In this document: positions 50,926 through 60,913 of the stretch, piece after piece | Layout of the letters: every line of letters begins with the position of its first letter | Position numbering within the stretch: position 1 is the stretch's first letter | From: Acidobacteriota bacterium | GTDB lineage: Bacteria > Acidobacteriota > UBA6911 > RPQK01 > JAJDTT01 | DNA: 64,000 bases | Assembly: GCA_965209055.1 (NCBI GenBank) | Contig: OZ242374.1 | Coordinates: forward strand, 1,216,001 to 1,280,000 | Direction of reading: 5' to 3' | Made by a program: the position numbers and the translations under genes | The notes under the pieces: generated by a model | What the model was told of the DNA's origin: nothing | Seen by the model: the letters and a program-made list of their open reading frames with translations, nothing else | Databases searched by the model: none

Positions 50926-51688
50926 CGACATCCAGCGGCGACTCTGCGACCAGCTCTGCGCGGTCGTTCGCGTGGAGCAACGTTCCGATGGCGAGCTCAT
51001 GCTCGCTACTGATTTCGAGTTCCCCGATGGGGACCGCTACCCGATCTACCTGTCGGAAACCCCGGGCGGCGTCCGCCTATCCGACAGGGGCGACACGTTG
51101 ATGCGCATAAGCTACGATCATGATATCGAGGCCTTCCTTGCCGGAAGTCGCGGGCTCCTTATCGAGCGCATTCTCGGTGAGGAACGAGTGGACCAAACCC
51201 GAGGCATATTCTACCTGGATACACCCACCGACCGTCTTTCTAGTGCCCTCTTTCGGTACGGCCGCGCCCTCACCCGGATTTACGACCTCACTCTCCACTC
51301 GCGGTCACGGGCCGTCACCACGTTTTACGATGACCTCGCGGACCTAATCCTCCAGACAGCCGAGGAAGAACAGATCCAGCGCGATCACCTTCTGCCCGAC
51401 ATTCCGAACTCGGAGGCCTATCCGATCGATTATCGATTTGAGGGGAAGAGTGGTGGACAGGTTTTCCTGTATGGAATTCCGAATCGAGACAAGGCCCGTC
51501 TGACCACGATCATCCTGTCCCACTTTCACCGAATTCACTTGGATTTCGACTCGATTCTAGTGTTCAACGATCAGGCCGAAATCCCCCGGATGGACTTGGC
51601 TAGACTCTCGGATGTGGGAGGAGACCAAGTCTCGTCGCTAGCGTCGATTGAAGACCTGCGCCGAAAGATGGAACGGCGAATCGCGTAA
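50909..51688 (+). CDS. DUF1828 domain protein with possible degenerate PD-(D/E)xK C-terminus
   Basis: TDFEFPDGD...IYL......RLSD.GDTL N-terminal motif; YPIDY in the C-terminal half. Confidence 0.78.
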   Translation: MAINPDDIQRRLCDQLCAVVRVEQRSDGELMLATDFEFPDGDRYPIYLSETPGGVRLSDRGDTLMRISYDHDIEAFLAGSRGLLIERILGEERVDQTRGIFYLDTPTDRLSSALFRYGRALTRIYDLTLHSRSRAVTTFYDDLADLILQTAEEEQIQRDHLLPDIPNSEAYPIDYRFEGKSGGQVFLYGIPNRDKARLTTIILSHFHRIHLDFDSILVFNDQAEIPRMDLARLSDVGGDQVSSLASIEDLRRKMERRIA

Positions 51689-52129
51689 TTCCGGCGGGGT
51701 GACGACGCAGACTGGACTTGAGGAACCTCGGGATGCTGAGGAACCGACCAGATGGTCTATGGAGCCACACCAGAACTTCACAAACGAAGCTTGATTGTTG
51801 CTCGTAAAGCGACTGCAACACCCCAAGCATAGTTGTTGATACCGGCCAGTGTGTTTTCCGCCCCGCCGCGAGGCGCTGGCGACCCTCGCACCACCCAGAT
51901 CGACGACCGGAACCGCCGACACGCCGAACTCTCCATAGCGATCCATCCCGCCGTCGGTCGAAGACTTCGTGAGCCTTTCGCTGCCGAAGGAACCGTGTCG
52001 TGAGAGTCGCAAGGGTTCTCGATGGCTATTGACACACCCAAGACTCTTCCATTTGGGAGTTCATGACGGTACGGTTGTTTCCCACCCTGTCTGCTACCTC
52101 AGCGGTCAATTCCCCGGACATTCAGGGGG

Positions 52130-52196
52130 AAAACCTGACTGTCCCCATCCCGTGTTTCCGCGCGTCTCGACGCGACGTGACTGTCCCCGTCTCGCG
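52130..52196 (+). repeat. Two GACTGTCCCC repeat copies
   Basis: AAAACCTGACTGTCCCCATCCCG and GTGACTGTCCCCGTCTCGCG. Confidence 0.78.
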
Positions 52197-52257
52197 ACGA
52201 ACGGTTACGCGCCAGGACTACCTCGGCTTCGCGCTGGGCGTTGTGAAACAACGAAGG

Positions 52258-53751
52258 TCAGAATGTAGCCCGCAGCCCGGGTGAGCGCGGCTCGAGCATC
52301 ATGTGCAGACCGTAGCGCGGGCGAAGGGTAATCCCGCCTTGCGCTTCAACCCGGTGTCCGGGCGCCATACGCAGGCGATAGGCGCGGGCGATGGTGGCAA
52401 GCACCATGCACGCCTCCATCATGGCAAAGCCCCTACCGATACAGATGCGCGGACCGCCGCCGAAGGGCAAATACGCGAAACGATGACGTGCCTTGACCCG
52501 ATCAGGTGTGAACCGCTCGGGATCGAAGCGTAGCGGATCCTCCCACAGCCTCGGATTGCGGTGGGTGAGGTAGGGACTGATCGTCACCACGCTGCCGGCA
52601 CGAATGGCGTGCCCCCCGACCTCGTCGTCCGCGACCGCCACGCGATTGAAAGCGTGGCCCGGCGGAAACAACCGCATCGCCTCCTGGATGACCATTCGGG
52701 TATAGGGCAGCGCTTGGACGTCAGCGAACGTCGTCTCCCCTTCGCCCAGCACACGGTCCACCTCGTCGTGCAGCGCGCGTTCGATGCCGGGATGTCGCGA
52801 CAGCAGGTACAGCGTCCACGTTAGGGCCAGCGCCGTCGTCTCATGTCCGGCGGAGAAGAACGTGAGGACCTCGTTGCGGAGCTGCCGGTCCGTCATCCCC
52901 TCGCCGGTCTCGTCGTCGCGCGCGGCGAGGAGCAAACCCAACAGATCTTCAGGACCGTGCTGGGTGGCGCGTCGTGAAGCGATGATGCCGTAGACCATCC
53001 GGTCGAGCCGAGCCAGCGCTGAGCGGGTGCGGTGCGAGCGCCATCGTGGGATCCATGCCGGGAGGCCGAGAAGGTCGAGCGGATTCGGCGTGCCCAGGGA
53101 CGCAAGGAGTGTCGTCATCGCCCGCCCCAGCTCATCTATCGAGTTGGCAATCTGGCTGGAGAACAGCGCCTCGGCGACGATCTCCATCGTGAGCGACATC
53201 ATTTCGTGGGCGATGTCGAGGCGTTCTCCCCTCTCACACGGCATGCGCCAGCGTTCGATGCGCTGCCGCGCGCGACGCACCATCACATGGGCTACCTGCG
53301 CAAGGTGCTGGTGATGGAAGGCGGGGGCCATGATGCGGCGCTGGCGGCGCCAGAAGTCGCCCTCGCTGATCACCAGGTTGTTGCCCAGAGCCCACTCAAG
53401 AATCTGGCGGGCGAGGTGTCCCTTGACATAGTTCTGGCGGTTGGTGACGAGGATGCGCTCGATGAAATCGGGTTCATTGAGGAGAACGAAGTTGTGAAAA
53501 AGAAGCCGTACTTCGCTGAAGTCGGCGACGAAAGAGTCGCGGGTGTACACGGACAGTTGGTTGTCGCGCAGCAAACGGAGGAACTGGATCAGCTTGACTC
53601 TCTCAGCCAGCGGTTCGGGTACAACGCCTGGTTCATAGGCGACTGCGGGGTGAACTGCCGTCATCGTCGCGTCAACTCCATCTGGACGGCTGGAGCCTCC
53701 AGAAGCAGCGTGTTGCCCCGCTTCCTCGGGACGAGCCGAATGAGTCTTCAC
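52258..53751 (-). CDS. Cytochrome P450
   Basis: AGHETT I-helix, EAMR (ExxR), FDPERF and PFGGGPRICIG heme ligand; start may be further downstream. Confidence 0.96.
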   Translation of the reverse strand: MKTHSARPEEAGQHAASGGSSRPDGVDATMTAVHPAVAYEPGVVPEPLAERVKLIQFLRLLRDNQLSVYTRDSFVADFSEVRLLFHNFVLLNEPDFIERILVTNRQNYVKGHLARQILEWALGNNLVISEGDFWRRQRRIMAPAFHHQHLAQVAHVMVRRARQRIERWRMPCERGERLDIAHEMMSLTMEIVAEALFSSQIANSIDELGRAMTTLLASLGTPNPLDLLGLPAWIPRWRSHRTRSALARLDRMVYGIIASRRATQHGPEDLLGLLLAARDDETGEGMTDRQLRNEVLTFFSAGHETTALALTWTLYLLSRHPGIERALHDEVDRVLGEGETTFADVQALPYTRMVIQEAMRLFPPGHAFNRVAVADDEVGGHAIRAGSVVTISPYLTHRNPRLWEDPLRFDPERFTPDRVKARHRFAYLPFGGGPRICIGRGFAMMEACMVLATIARAYRLRMAPGHRVEAQGGITLRPRYGLHMMLEPRSPGLRATF

Positions 53752-53933
53752 ATTGTAATTTAGTCGGGAACCAGGATCACGTCAGGCAGCCGACCGGCGA
53801 AGCGCAACGCGACCCGGTGCCGGGCAATAGGAAATGGTGGACTCCATTTCGCCGTGAATGCGAGCGGCCTCTCCGGCGCGAGCGGCCTACAAGGGGAAGG
53901 GTCGGCAACCGGGCGGTCGGGGGGCAAGCCGTC

Positions 53934-54005
53934 TGCCGCGCGCCCGAGAAAGTGACTGTCCCCGTCTCGTGCCGCGTGCCCGAGAAAGTGACTGTCCCCG
54001 TCTCG
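53934..54005 (+). repeat. 36-bp tandem duplication containing the GAGAAAGTGACTGTCCCCGTCTCG motif
   Basis: Two adjacent copies, 35/36 identical, no spacer. Confidence 0.92.
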
Positions 54006-54023
54006 TTTGCCAGACTGTCGAGC

Positions 54024-54488
54024 ATGAAAGACCTGCAGGTACGGACTGAACCCATTCGGATCGAAGCACCGGTCGGATTGGTCTGGCAGGTTCTGACGGA
54101 CGTTGAAAGATACGGCGAGTGGAATCCGTTCACACCGCATGTACGGACCGATTTCGAGATCGGTTCGCCAGCCCATCTGCTGGTCAGGATGGGGCCGGCG
54201 AAGGTGCGAATCACCGAGACCGTCTCCGCGTTCGAAGCACCCCGGCTCATTGCTTGGGGCAAGGTATTCGGAGCGCGCTGGCTCCTGGCTGCATTGCGGG
54301 AGCAGCATCTGGAACCCGTGAGCGAGACGAGCTGCCGTTACCACAACACGGACCGATTGACCGGTCTGCTTGCGCCGCTGGTGTTGCTTTGTTCCGGCGG
54401 TTATATGCGTACCGGTTTCACCGATGTCGGGCAGGGGTTGAGGCGTCAATCGGAGGCGCTTTACAAGAAGTCGAAGCCACGTGGCTGA
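54024..54488 (+). CDS. SRPBCC / polyketide cyclase-like domain protein
   Basis: IEAP...VWQVLTD.ERYGEWNPF motif. Confidence 0.85.
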   Translation: MKDLQVRTEPIRIEAPVGLVWQVLTDVERYGEWNPFTPHVRTDFEIGSPAHLLVRMGPAKVRITETVSAFEAPRLIAWGKVFGARWLLAALREQHLEPVSETSCRYHNTDRLTGLLAPLVLLCSGGYMRTGFTDVGQGLRRQSEALYKKSKPRG

Positions 54489-54586
54489 CGATTCTCGAAG
54501 GGAAGCACCGAGTGCTCGAAGCGCATGGCAACCTGCAGGCCGGTTGCAAACGCATCGTCAAGCAGGGCACCTTCGGGGGATGAGAT

Positions 54587-54663
54587 TGGTGGAGACGATG
54601 GGATTCGAACCCACGACCTCCTGAGTGCGATTCAGGCGCTCTTCCGAGCTGAGCTACGTCCCC
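54587..54663 (-). tRNA. tRNA-Ala (CGC)
   Basis: GGGGACG...CGTCTCC-ACCA with G3:U70; anticodon arm CCTGA-ATCGCAC-TCAGG. Confidence 0.97.
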
Positions 54664-54701
54664 ACCTGAGAGGGTGGCTATCTTACCAGAAAGGGGAATC
54701 C

Positions 54702-55703
54702 CTACAGGTAGTCCGACGCGCAAGGGTACCCGGGAAGCGGCTCCGCGTGGAGGACGGCGCGGACCACGGCTCTGGCGGTGACCTGGGCGGCCAGAGCCCC
54801 CACGAGACCCAGTTCCTGCCCTCGAACCGATTCGGTTGAAAGGGCGAAAACGGTATCTCCGTCCGACGGCATGTGCACCGGACGGATGGTCCGGGCCAGT
54901 CCGTCGTGGGCCATCTGGGCAATCTTGGTCAGGGACGCCTTGTCGAACTCGGCGTTGGTGGCGACCACGCCCAAGGTCGTGTTCTCGCCCTCGCGGGAGC
55001 GGCGCTTAGGAAGTCCCCGTTCCTTCAGGACCGCCATGGTGTCGGCGAATCCTCTCCCGCCGGCGCCGCGGGCACCGGCAAGGATTCTGCCGGTCTCCGG
55101 ATCGAGGACGTCACCCACCGAGTTGACCGCCACCAGGGCCGCCACCACGAGAGGTCCCGTCCGGATGGCCGCCGAACCCAGGCCGCCTTTCATGGCGCGT
55201 TCGTGACCCAGTATTTTGCCTACGGTAGCCCCGGCTCCCGCGCCGGCGTTGCCCTCGGGGACCGGTCCGGCCGCGGCGTTCCGGCAGGCTTGGCGTCCCA
55301 ATTCGGGACCCGGGCGGACGGATGCGTCTCCCAGCGCCAGGTCGAAGAGGATGGCCGACGGCACGATGGGAACCCGGGCCACCGGCGTCTGGTACCCCAC
55401 CCCCCGTTGCTCCAGGTACCGGACCACTCCGGAGGCCGCGTCCAGACCGAAGGCGCTGCCGCCGGAGAGCACCAGGGCGTGGATGCGCTTCACGGAGCGC
55501 ACCGGGTCCAGCAGGGCGGTTTCGCGGGTGCCGGGAGCGGAGCCGCGAATGTCCACTCCGGCCATCACTTCCCGTTCCGGGAGGACGACGGTGACTCCCG
55601 TGGGCCGCCGCGGGTCTACGGCGTGTCCGACCCGGATGCCTTCGATATCCGTGAGGCCGCCCTCGTAGGCGGGGGACCCTGATGAATGCGAATCACTGCT
55701 CAT
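54702..55703 (-). CDS. P1/S58-family (DmpA-like) peptidase
   Basis: RGSAPGTRET, GGSAFGL, ENTT and DGDTVF motifs. Confidence 0.92.
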   Translation of the reverse strand: MSSDSHSSGSPAYEGGLTDIEGIRVGHAVDPRRPTGVTVVLPEREVMAGVDIRGSAPGTRETALLDPVRSVKRIHALVLSGGSAFGLDAASGVVRYLEQRGVGYQTPVARVPIVPSAILFDLALGDASVRPGPELGRQACRNAAAGPVPEGNAGAGAGATVGKILGHERAMKGGLGSAAIRTGPLVVAALVAVNSVGDVLDPETGRILAGARGAGGRGFADTMAVLKERGLPKRRSREGENTTLGVVATNAEFDKASLTKIAQMAHDGLARTIRPVHMPSDGDTVFALSTESVRGQELGLVGALAAQVTARAVVRAVLHAEPLPGYPCASDYL

Positions 55704-55726
55704 GCCGGAAGTGGATCAATGCAGGT

Positions 55727-56136
<410 letters not shown>

Positions 56137-56232
56137 CCGGCGACATTCTATCACCGGAAGATCAGATGGAACCCGCTTGACCCGGCCGCCTCGACCTGCC
56201 CACCCGCAAAATCCCGCGGATCGGGCACGCGG

Positions 56233-57120
56233 CTACCGGCTCCGGATCAGCCCCCGCCCCACGGCGCCCGCCTCCAGCCCGATGAGTTCGCCGTAGACCC
56301 GGCCGAACTTGACCTCGGCCTCGAACTTGACGGGAACTCGAAGACGGTCCCGCGAGTACCAGACCCGGAGCGTCCTGCCCTTGGAGAGGATTCCCTCCTC
56401 GACCCGGAGCCGGACCGTGTCGAAAGCCCCGACCCGGAGTTCGACTCGCTCCGTTTCCTCCACCCGGACCAGCATCTCCTTGAACTTGCCGCGCTGGGCC
56501 AGATGCGCACGGTATCGGCTCCCGTCCTCCAGCCGATGGAGCCGCGCCACGTAGATGACCGAAAGCAGGTCCGCGACCGGCCCCGGTATCCCATCGGAAG
56601 TGCGGTTGTGAAGCTCCCGCGGCGGATCTTCTGACACGTCCAGATCACGGAAGAACGCGGTGTCCCTGCCGTAGTCGAAGACGGAGAGCAGATCGCGCTT
56701 GCGTCTTCCCTCGCGATGCTCCCGGAAAATCCGATAGGAATGGAAATTCCGGGCGTCGACAATGGACTCGAAACGATTCCGCACCGAGATCTTGGCGACT
56801 TCCGCCAGCCGGCCGGCCGATACGGCCTCCATGATGATGGTCCAGGCCGGCCTCTTTCGATACCGGGAACGTTTCACGGTGAAGGCCAACTCCCCCGCCT
56901 TGAAGGCCGGAGAGGCGAACAGGGGCTTCCAGTTGACCTCGTATCGCAGGCTCTCTCCGGCCTGGAAAGGGGCGCTGTAACGGGTCCCCCGGTCCAGGAG
57001 CGGACGTGGCGCCCCGGGCCCGGCCGGGAGCGGGAAGCAGTCAAGGGCGGGCGCCAGGATCAGGGGGAGGACCGGCAACAGGCGCGTCCACCGCCGGGAG
57101 TCGGGCATTGGGCGCTTCAT
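56233..57120 (-). CDS. DUF3108-like exported protein
   Basis: Signal peptide, PFQAGESLRYEV.W and VWYSRD..RVPVK motifs. Confidence 0.75.
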   Translation of the reverse strand: MKRPMPDSRRWTRLLPVLPLILAPALDCFPLPAGPGAPRPLLDRGTRYSAPFQAGESLRYEVNWKPLFASPAFKAGELAFTVKRSRYRKRPAWTIIMEAVSAGRLAEVAKISVRNRFESIVDARNFHSYRIFREHREGRRKRDLLSVFDYGRDTAFFRDLDVSEDPPRELHNRTSDGIPGPVADLLSVIYVARLHRLEDGSRYRAHLAQRGKFKEMLVRVEETERVELRVGAFDTVRLRVEEGILSKGRTLRVWYSRDRLRVPVKFEAEVKFGRVYGELIGLEAGAVGRGLIRSR

Positions 57121-57656
57121 CCCATTTTCCAGAAGAAAAAGATCGCTGCCAGGACCACCGAGATGAGGAAACGGTATTCCCGGTTCCGGAGAAAGAGCTT
57201 CCACTGGAAACCAGCGATCGCGTCGGCTCCGGCGGCGATGGGGCCCGGGAACCGAACCGGACAGAATCGGGGCACGCCGGCGGCATACCCGGCGTAGTCG
57301 TCCCCATAGTGGCTGAGCATTTCCCGCTCTTCACGAAGTATCACCGGCCAATAAACGCCCGGGAACAGGAGGAGATAGACCAGGAGCAGCCAAAGCTCCG
57401 CCGCCGCCACGGTGAAACCGAGCCCGGCCAGAAAGGACCCCAGGTAGAGAGGATTCCGGGTCAGGCGGTAGGGTCCCGTCCGCGCCACCCCGCGCCACTT
57501 GTCCAGGTGTCCCGAGGCCCAGAGGCGGATGCCGGCTCCCAGCGCCGCCAGCGGCATTCCGAGCCAGAACAGGTCATGACGCGGCTGGGCGAACACGAAG
57601 AGCAGGACCCCGAAGGCGAGACCCGCGGGAACCCGGATTCTCTGAACCACGGTCAT
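57117..57656 (-). CDS. Isoprenylcysteine carboxyl methyltransferase / PEMT family protein
   Basis: RLWASG, TGPY..TRNPLYLG and EE......YG..Y..Y...VPRF motifs. Confidence 0.88.
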   Translation of the reverse strand: MTVVQRIRVPAGLAFGVLLFVFAQPRHDLFWLGMPLAALGAGIRLWASGHLDKWRGVARTGPYRLTRNPLYLGSFLAGLGFTVAAAELWLLLVYLLLFPGVYWPVILREEREMLSHYGDDYAGYAAGVPRFCPVRFPGPIAAGADAIAGFQWKLFLRNREYRFLISVVLAAIFFFWKMG

Positions 57657-58762
57657 CGGGATGCCGGTCCTTCCACGGCCGCCGACAACCGCCGGCTCAC
57701 GGCCCGGAAGACCTGTTCCACGGAAATGTTCATGCAGATGAACTCCCCGCAGCTCCGCTTGTTGCAGTCCGAGCAGTAGAGGTAACGCTTGACGATCCGG
57801 TCTTCCGGGTGAAAGGGTCCGTTGCGCCGGGCGATGGAGGGACCCATCACCGCCACCGCCGGGGTTCCCAACGCCACCGCCAGATGCAGGGGACCCGTGT
57901 CCCCCGCCACCATCAGGCAGGCGCGCCGGCAGAGCGCCGCCAGTTCCAGGATCGTGGTGGGAAAGGTGACCACGGACCCGGGCCGGGAGCAGTCCCGGAT
58001 CTCCCGGACCAGTTCCTCCTCTCCCGGACCGTAGGTGATGAGCACGGGAAGATCCAGGCGCCGCCGGATCTCCGCGCCCAGACGGGCGAACCTGCGGGCG
58101 GGCCAGAGCTTGGTGGGCCATCCGGCGCCCGGATTCAACAGGACGGGCCGGACGTTGCCGACCGCCTGCAACCGGGAGTCGACATAACGCTTCGCCTCGG
58201 CGGGGATCCGAAAAGGCACCCGGGCCGTGGACTCTCCGGCGCAGCCCAACGACCCTGCCAGCTCCAGGTTCAGATCGATGACGTGGCCGATTCCGCTGGT
58301 CGGGACGGTGTCGGTATAGAAACCGGCCGCCGCCGGCTCGCGGCATCGTTCCCGGCAGAATCCCATCCGCCTCCCGGCGCCGGAAAGACGGGCCAGGAAT
58401 GCCGACTTGATCAGGCCCTGAAAGTCCAGCGCCAGGTCGAAGCGCTCCCGCCGCAAGGCCCGGACCAGGTGGACCAGATCCCATGCCGTCCGGGGCCGGC
58501 GCCGCCACCGCTTGGTGTCGGCGGTCCAGATTCGATGGATTCCGGGAACTGTCTTCAGCAGGCCGCGGTAGTGGGGCTCGACCAGCCAGTGAATCTCACA
58601 ATCGGGGAAGCGGCGGTGGATCTGCTGTTGGGCCGGCAGGGCGTGAACGATGTCGCCCAGCGCGCCCAACCGGACGATCAGGATCTTTTCCGGGCGGTTC
58701 AGCAAGGTGGAGGACGCGGGGCGGGTGCTGCCGGAAGCAACGGAAGAGATGTTTCGGAGCAT
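57653..58762 (-). CDS. waaC: LPS heptosyltransferase I (GT9)
   Basis: ILIVRLGALGDIVH, LDFQGLIKSA and GDTGPLHLA motifs. Confidence 0.85.
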   Translation of the reverse strand: MLRNISSVASGSTRPASSTLLNRPEKILIVRLGALGDIVHALPAQQQIHRRFPDCEIHWLVEPHYRGLLKTVPGIHRIWTADTKRWRRRPRTAWDLVHLVRALRRERFDLALDFQGLIKSAFLARLSGAGRRMGFCRERCREPAAAGFYTDTVPTSGIGHVIDLNLELAGSLGCAGESTARVPFRIPAEAKRYVDSRLQAVGNVRPVLLNPGAGWPTKLWPARRFARLGAEIRRRLDLPVLITYGPGEEELVREIRDCSRPGSVVTFPTTILELAALCRRACLMVAGDTGPLHLAVALGTPAVAVMGPSIARRNGPFHPEDRIVKRYLYCSDCNKRSCGEFICMNISVEQVFRAVSRRLSAAVEGPASR

Positions 58763-58791
58763 AGGGCCCCTCAAGACGGAAGGCCATCGTA

Positions 58792-59844
58792 TCACGGGCG
58801 TCCGGGAGCCTGATTTCGGGTCAACAGCCTTCGGGCCGCCCGGTAGACCTCCCCGGAGTGAATTCGATCGAAACAGCGCAGGTCGATGGGACACTCCCGG
58901 AGCAGGCAGGGGCTGCACTCCACGTGCTTGTGGATGACGGTCGCCCTGGGGCTCAAGGGTCCCGTGGCCACTTCGTCGGTGGAACCGAATACCGCCACCA
59001 GCGGCACTCCCAGCGCCGCCGACAGGTGCATGGGACCCGAATCGTTTCCCAGAAACAACCGGCACCGGGCCAACACACCGATGAGGGCGGAGAGCGAGGT
59101 CCGTCCCACCAGGAATCGGGGAGTCTGTTTCATCTGCTCCCGGACCCGGACCGCAATCGGCGTCTCCGAACTGGAGCCCAGGAGCACGACCTCGGCGCCC
59201 ACCTCCTCGATCAGGCGATCAGCCACTTCCGCGTAGCGCTCCGGAAACCATCGCTTGGCGGAACCGAAGGCGGCTCCCGGATTCAGGCCCACCAAGGGCC
59301 TGCCGCTCTCGACGCCCGCCTCGCCGAGCAGGGAGTCGGCCGACTCCAGTTGCGCCCGGGAGGGCGTGAGATGGATGTCGGGCCGGAACGAAGAGTCTTC
59401 CAGGTAGTCGATGGAAGAGACGCCGGCCTGGAACAGCAGGTCCAGATAGTAGTAAGTCTGGTGACGGCCAAGGTCCTTGATTCGGGGGCGAACGCCTTGA
59501 GTCAGCAGGAGCCGCCGTCCGTCGGTGGTGTAGCCGATCCGGTTCGGAATGCGCGCCGTCAGCGCCAGCAGCGCCGCCTCGAACGCGTTCTGGAAGAGAA
59601 CCGCCGTATCGAATCCACGGAGACGCCGGCCCACACGGAATACTCCCCGCACCCCCAGGGACCGGTTCTCGAGCGTGACCACCTGATCCGCGATCCCTTG
59701 CCCTTCGAAGATCGGGGCCACCCATTCCCGGGCCAGGAGAGTCAGCCGGGCCTGGGGCTGCAGCCGGCGCAGCTCCCTCAGGGCCGCCAGCGACATGACG
59801 GCGTCTCCGATCCAGTTGGTGCAGCGAACCAGGACCTGCTTCAT
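58792..59844 (-). CDS. waaF: LPS heptosyltransferase II
   Basis: NWIGDAVM, NPGAAFGSAKRW and NDSGPMH motifs. Confidence 0.93.
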   Translation of the reverse strand: MKQVLVRCTNWIGDAVMSLAALRELRRLQPQARLTLLAREWVAPIFEGQGIADQVVTLENRSLGVRGVFRVGRRLRGFDTAVLFQNAFEAALLALTARIPNRIGYTTDGRRLLLTQGVRPRIKDLGRHQTYYYLDLLFQAGVSSIDYLEDSSFRPDIHLTPSRAQLESADSLLGEAGVESGRPLVGLNPGAAFGSAKRWFPERYAEVADRLIEEVGAEVVLLGSSSETPIAVRVREQMKQTPRFLVGRTSLSALIGVLARCRLFLGNDSGPMHLSAALGVPLVAVFGSTDEVATGPLSPRATVIHKHVECSPCLLRECPIDLRCFDRIHSGEVYRAARRLLTRNQAPGRP

Positions 59845-59866
59845 CGCTCCTGTCCGAGGCCCTCCT

Positions 59867-60907
59867 TCAGTGCGGATTGGGAAGGCCCGCCACCTCATCC
59901 AAGAGAAACTTGCGGTACTCCGCCGGGTCTTCGGGCAACGCTTCGATCTTCAACACGTAGATCTGTCCGGCGCCGAATTCCAGGCCCTGGAGGCGGACCG
60001 CGTCCTTCTCCGTCGTCATCAACGCCTCGGCTCCGTGTTCGTCCAGATTCTCCAGGGCCTGGTCCAGATCGCTCTGGCTGTACGGATGATGGTCGGGGAA
60101 CAGGAGCTGGCGCCGCACGTCCATCTGGTAGTGCTCCAGGTCCTGGACGAAGATTCCGGGATTTCCGATGGCCGCCAGGGCGATGACCCGCCGTCCCACG
60201 AAATCCCGGGTCCGGAATTGCGTCCGGCTCTTGAGATCGAAGACGCCGACGGCATCGTGATAGAAGTAGGAAATGGGAGTCAGCTTGTTGTGTCTCCGGA
60301 TGACCGCTTCCAGATCGTCCATCTCCCCCATCAGGTGGGACCGCGTGATGACCACCAGATCGGCGCGTCCCATGGCGGCCAGGGGCTCCCGGAGCCTCCC
60401 CGCAGGCAGGAGTTGACCGCCGCCGAAGGGATCGGTGGCATCCACCAGCAGAATGTCCAGGTTGCGCTTGAGCTTCAGGTGCTGGAAACCGTCGTCCAGA
60501 ATGTGGATGACCCTGCCGACCGCGTCCTTTTCCACCAGCGTTCCTGAACGGTGCCGATTCTTCCCGACGGCGACCCGGACTCCGGGAAGCTGACCGGCCA
60601 GCAGAAAGGGCTCGTCCCCGCTGCTGGCCGGGTCGCACAGCACCTTCCTGCCGTCGCTGACCACCAGGGTCGAGTGCTCGGCCCTGCCCCGGTAGCCGCG
60701 GCTCAGGACGACCGGCTGATAGCCCGCCTTCTGGAGAACGCCGGCCAGATAGGCCACGAAGGGGGTCTTTCCGGTCCCGCCCACGGTCAGGTTCCCGACA
60801 CTGATGACCGGGTTGCGGAGGCGGTTTCGCGAAATGAGGCCGCGCCGGTAGAGCAACGCTCTGAGCCGCATGACCAGGGAGTAGAGTTGGGAGAGAAGAA
60901 CCCACAT
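59867..60907 (-). CDS. lpxK: Tetraacyldisaccharide 4'-kinase
   Basis: VGNLTVGGTGKTP, SRGY, GDEP, LDDGFQH and TTEKDAV motifs. Confidence 0.96.
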   Translation of the reverse strand: MWVLLSQLYSLVMRLRALLYRRGLISRNRLRNPVISVGNLTVGGTGKTPFVAYLAGVLQKAGYQPVVLSRGYRGRAEHSTLVVSDGRKVLCDPASSGDEPFLLAGQLPGVRVAVGKNRHRSGTLVEKDAVGRVIHILDDGFQHLKLKRNLDILLVDATDPFGGGQLLPAGRLREPLAAMGRADLVVITRSHLMGEMDDLEAVIRRHNKLTPISYFYHDAVGVFDLKSRTQFRTRDFVGRRVIALAAIGNPGIFVQDLEHYQMDVRRQLLFPDHHPYSQSDLDQALENLDEHGAEALMTTEKDAVRLQGLEFGAGQIYVLKIEALPEDPAEYRKFLLDEVAGLPNPH

Positions 60908-60913
60908 GCGTTC

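Noticed and set aside
51690-52250. Short ORFs downstream of the DUF1828 gene as a third system component
   Set aside because: No recognisable motif or RBS, and frequent stops in the co-oriented frames; probably decayed DNA.
53934-54005. 36-bp repeat as a mini-CRISPR
   Set aside because: Only two copies, directly adjacent, with no spacer.
47400-54587. Direct repeat of the tRNA-Ala(CGC) 3' end defining a classical island boundary
   Set aside because: No convincing duplicate found by eye (TGGTGG at 49981 matches only 6 nt) and no integrase is adjacent.
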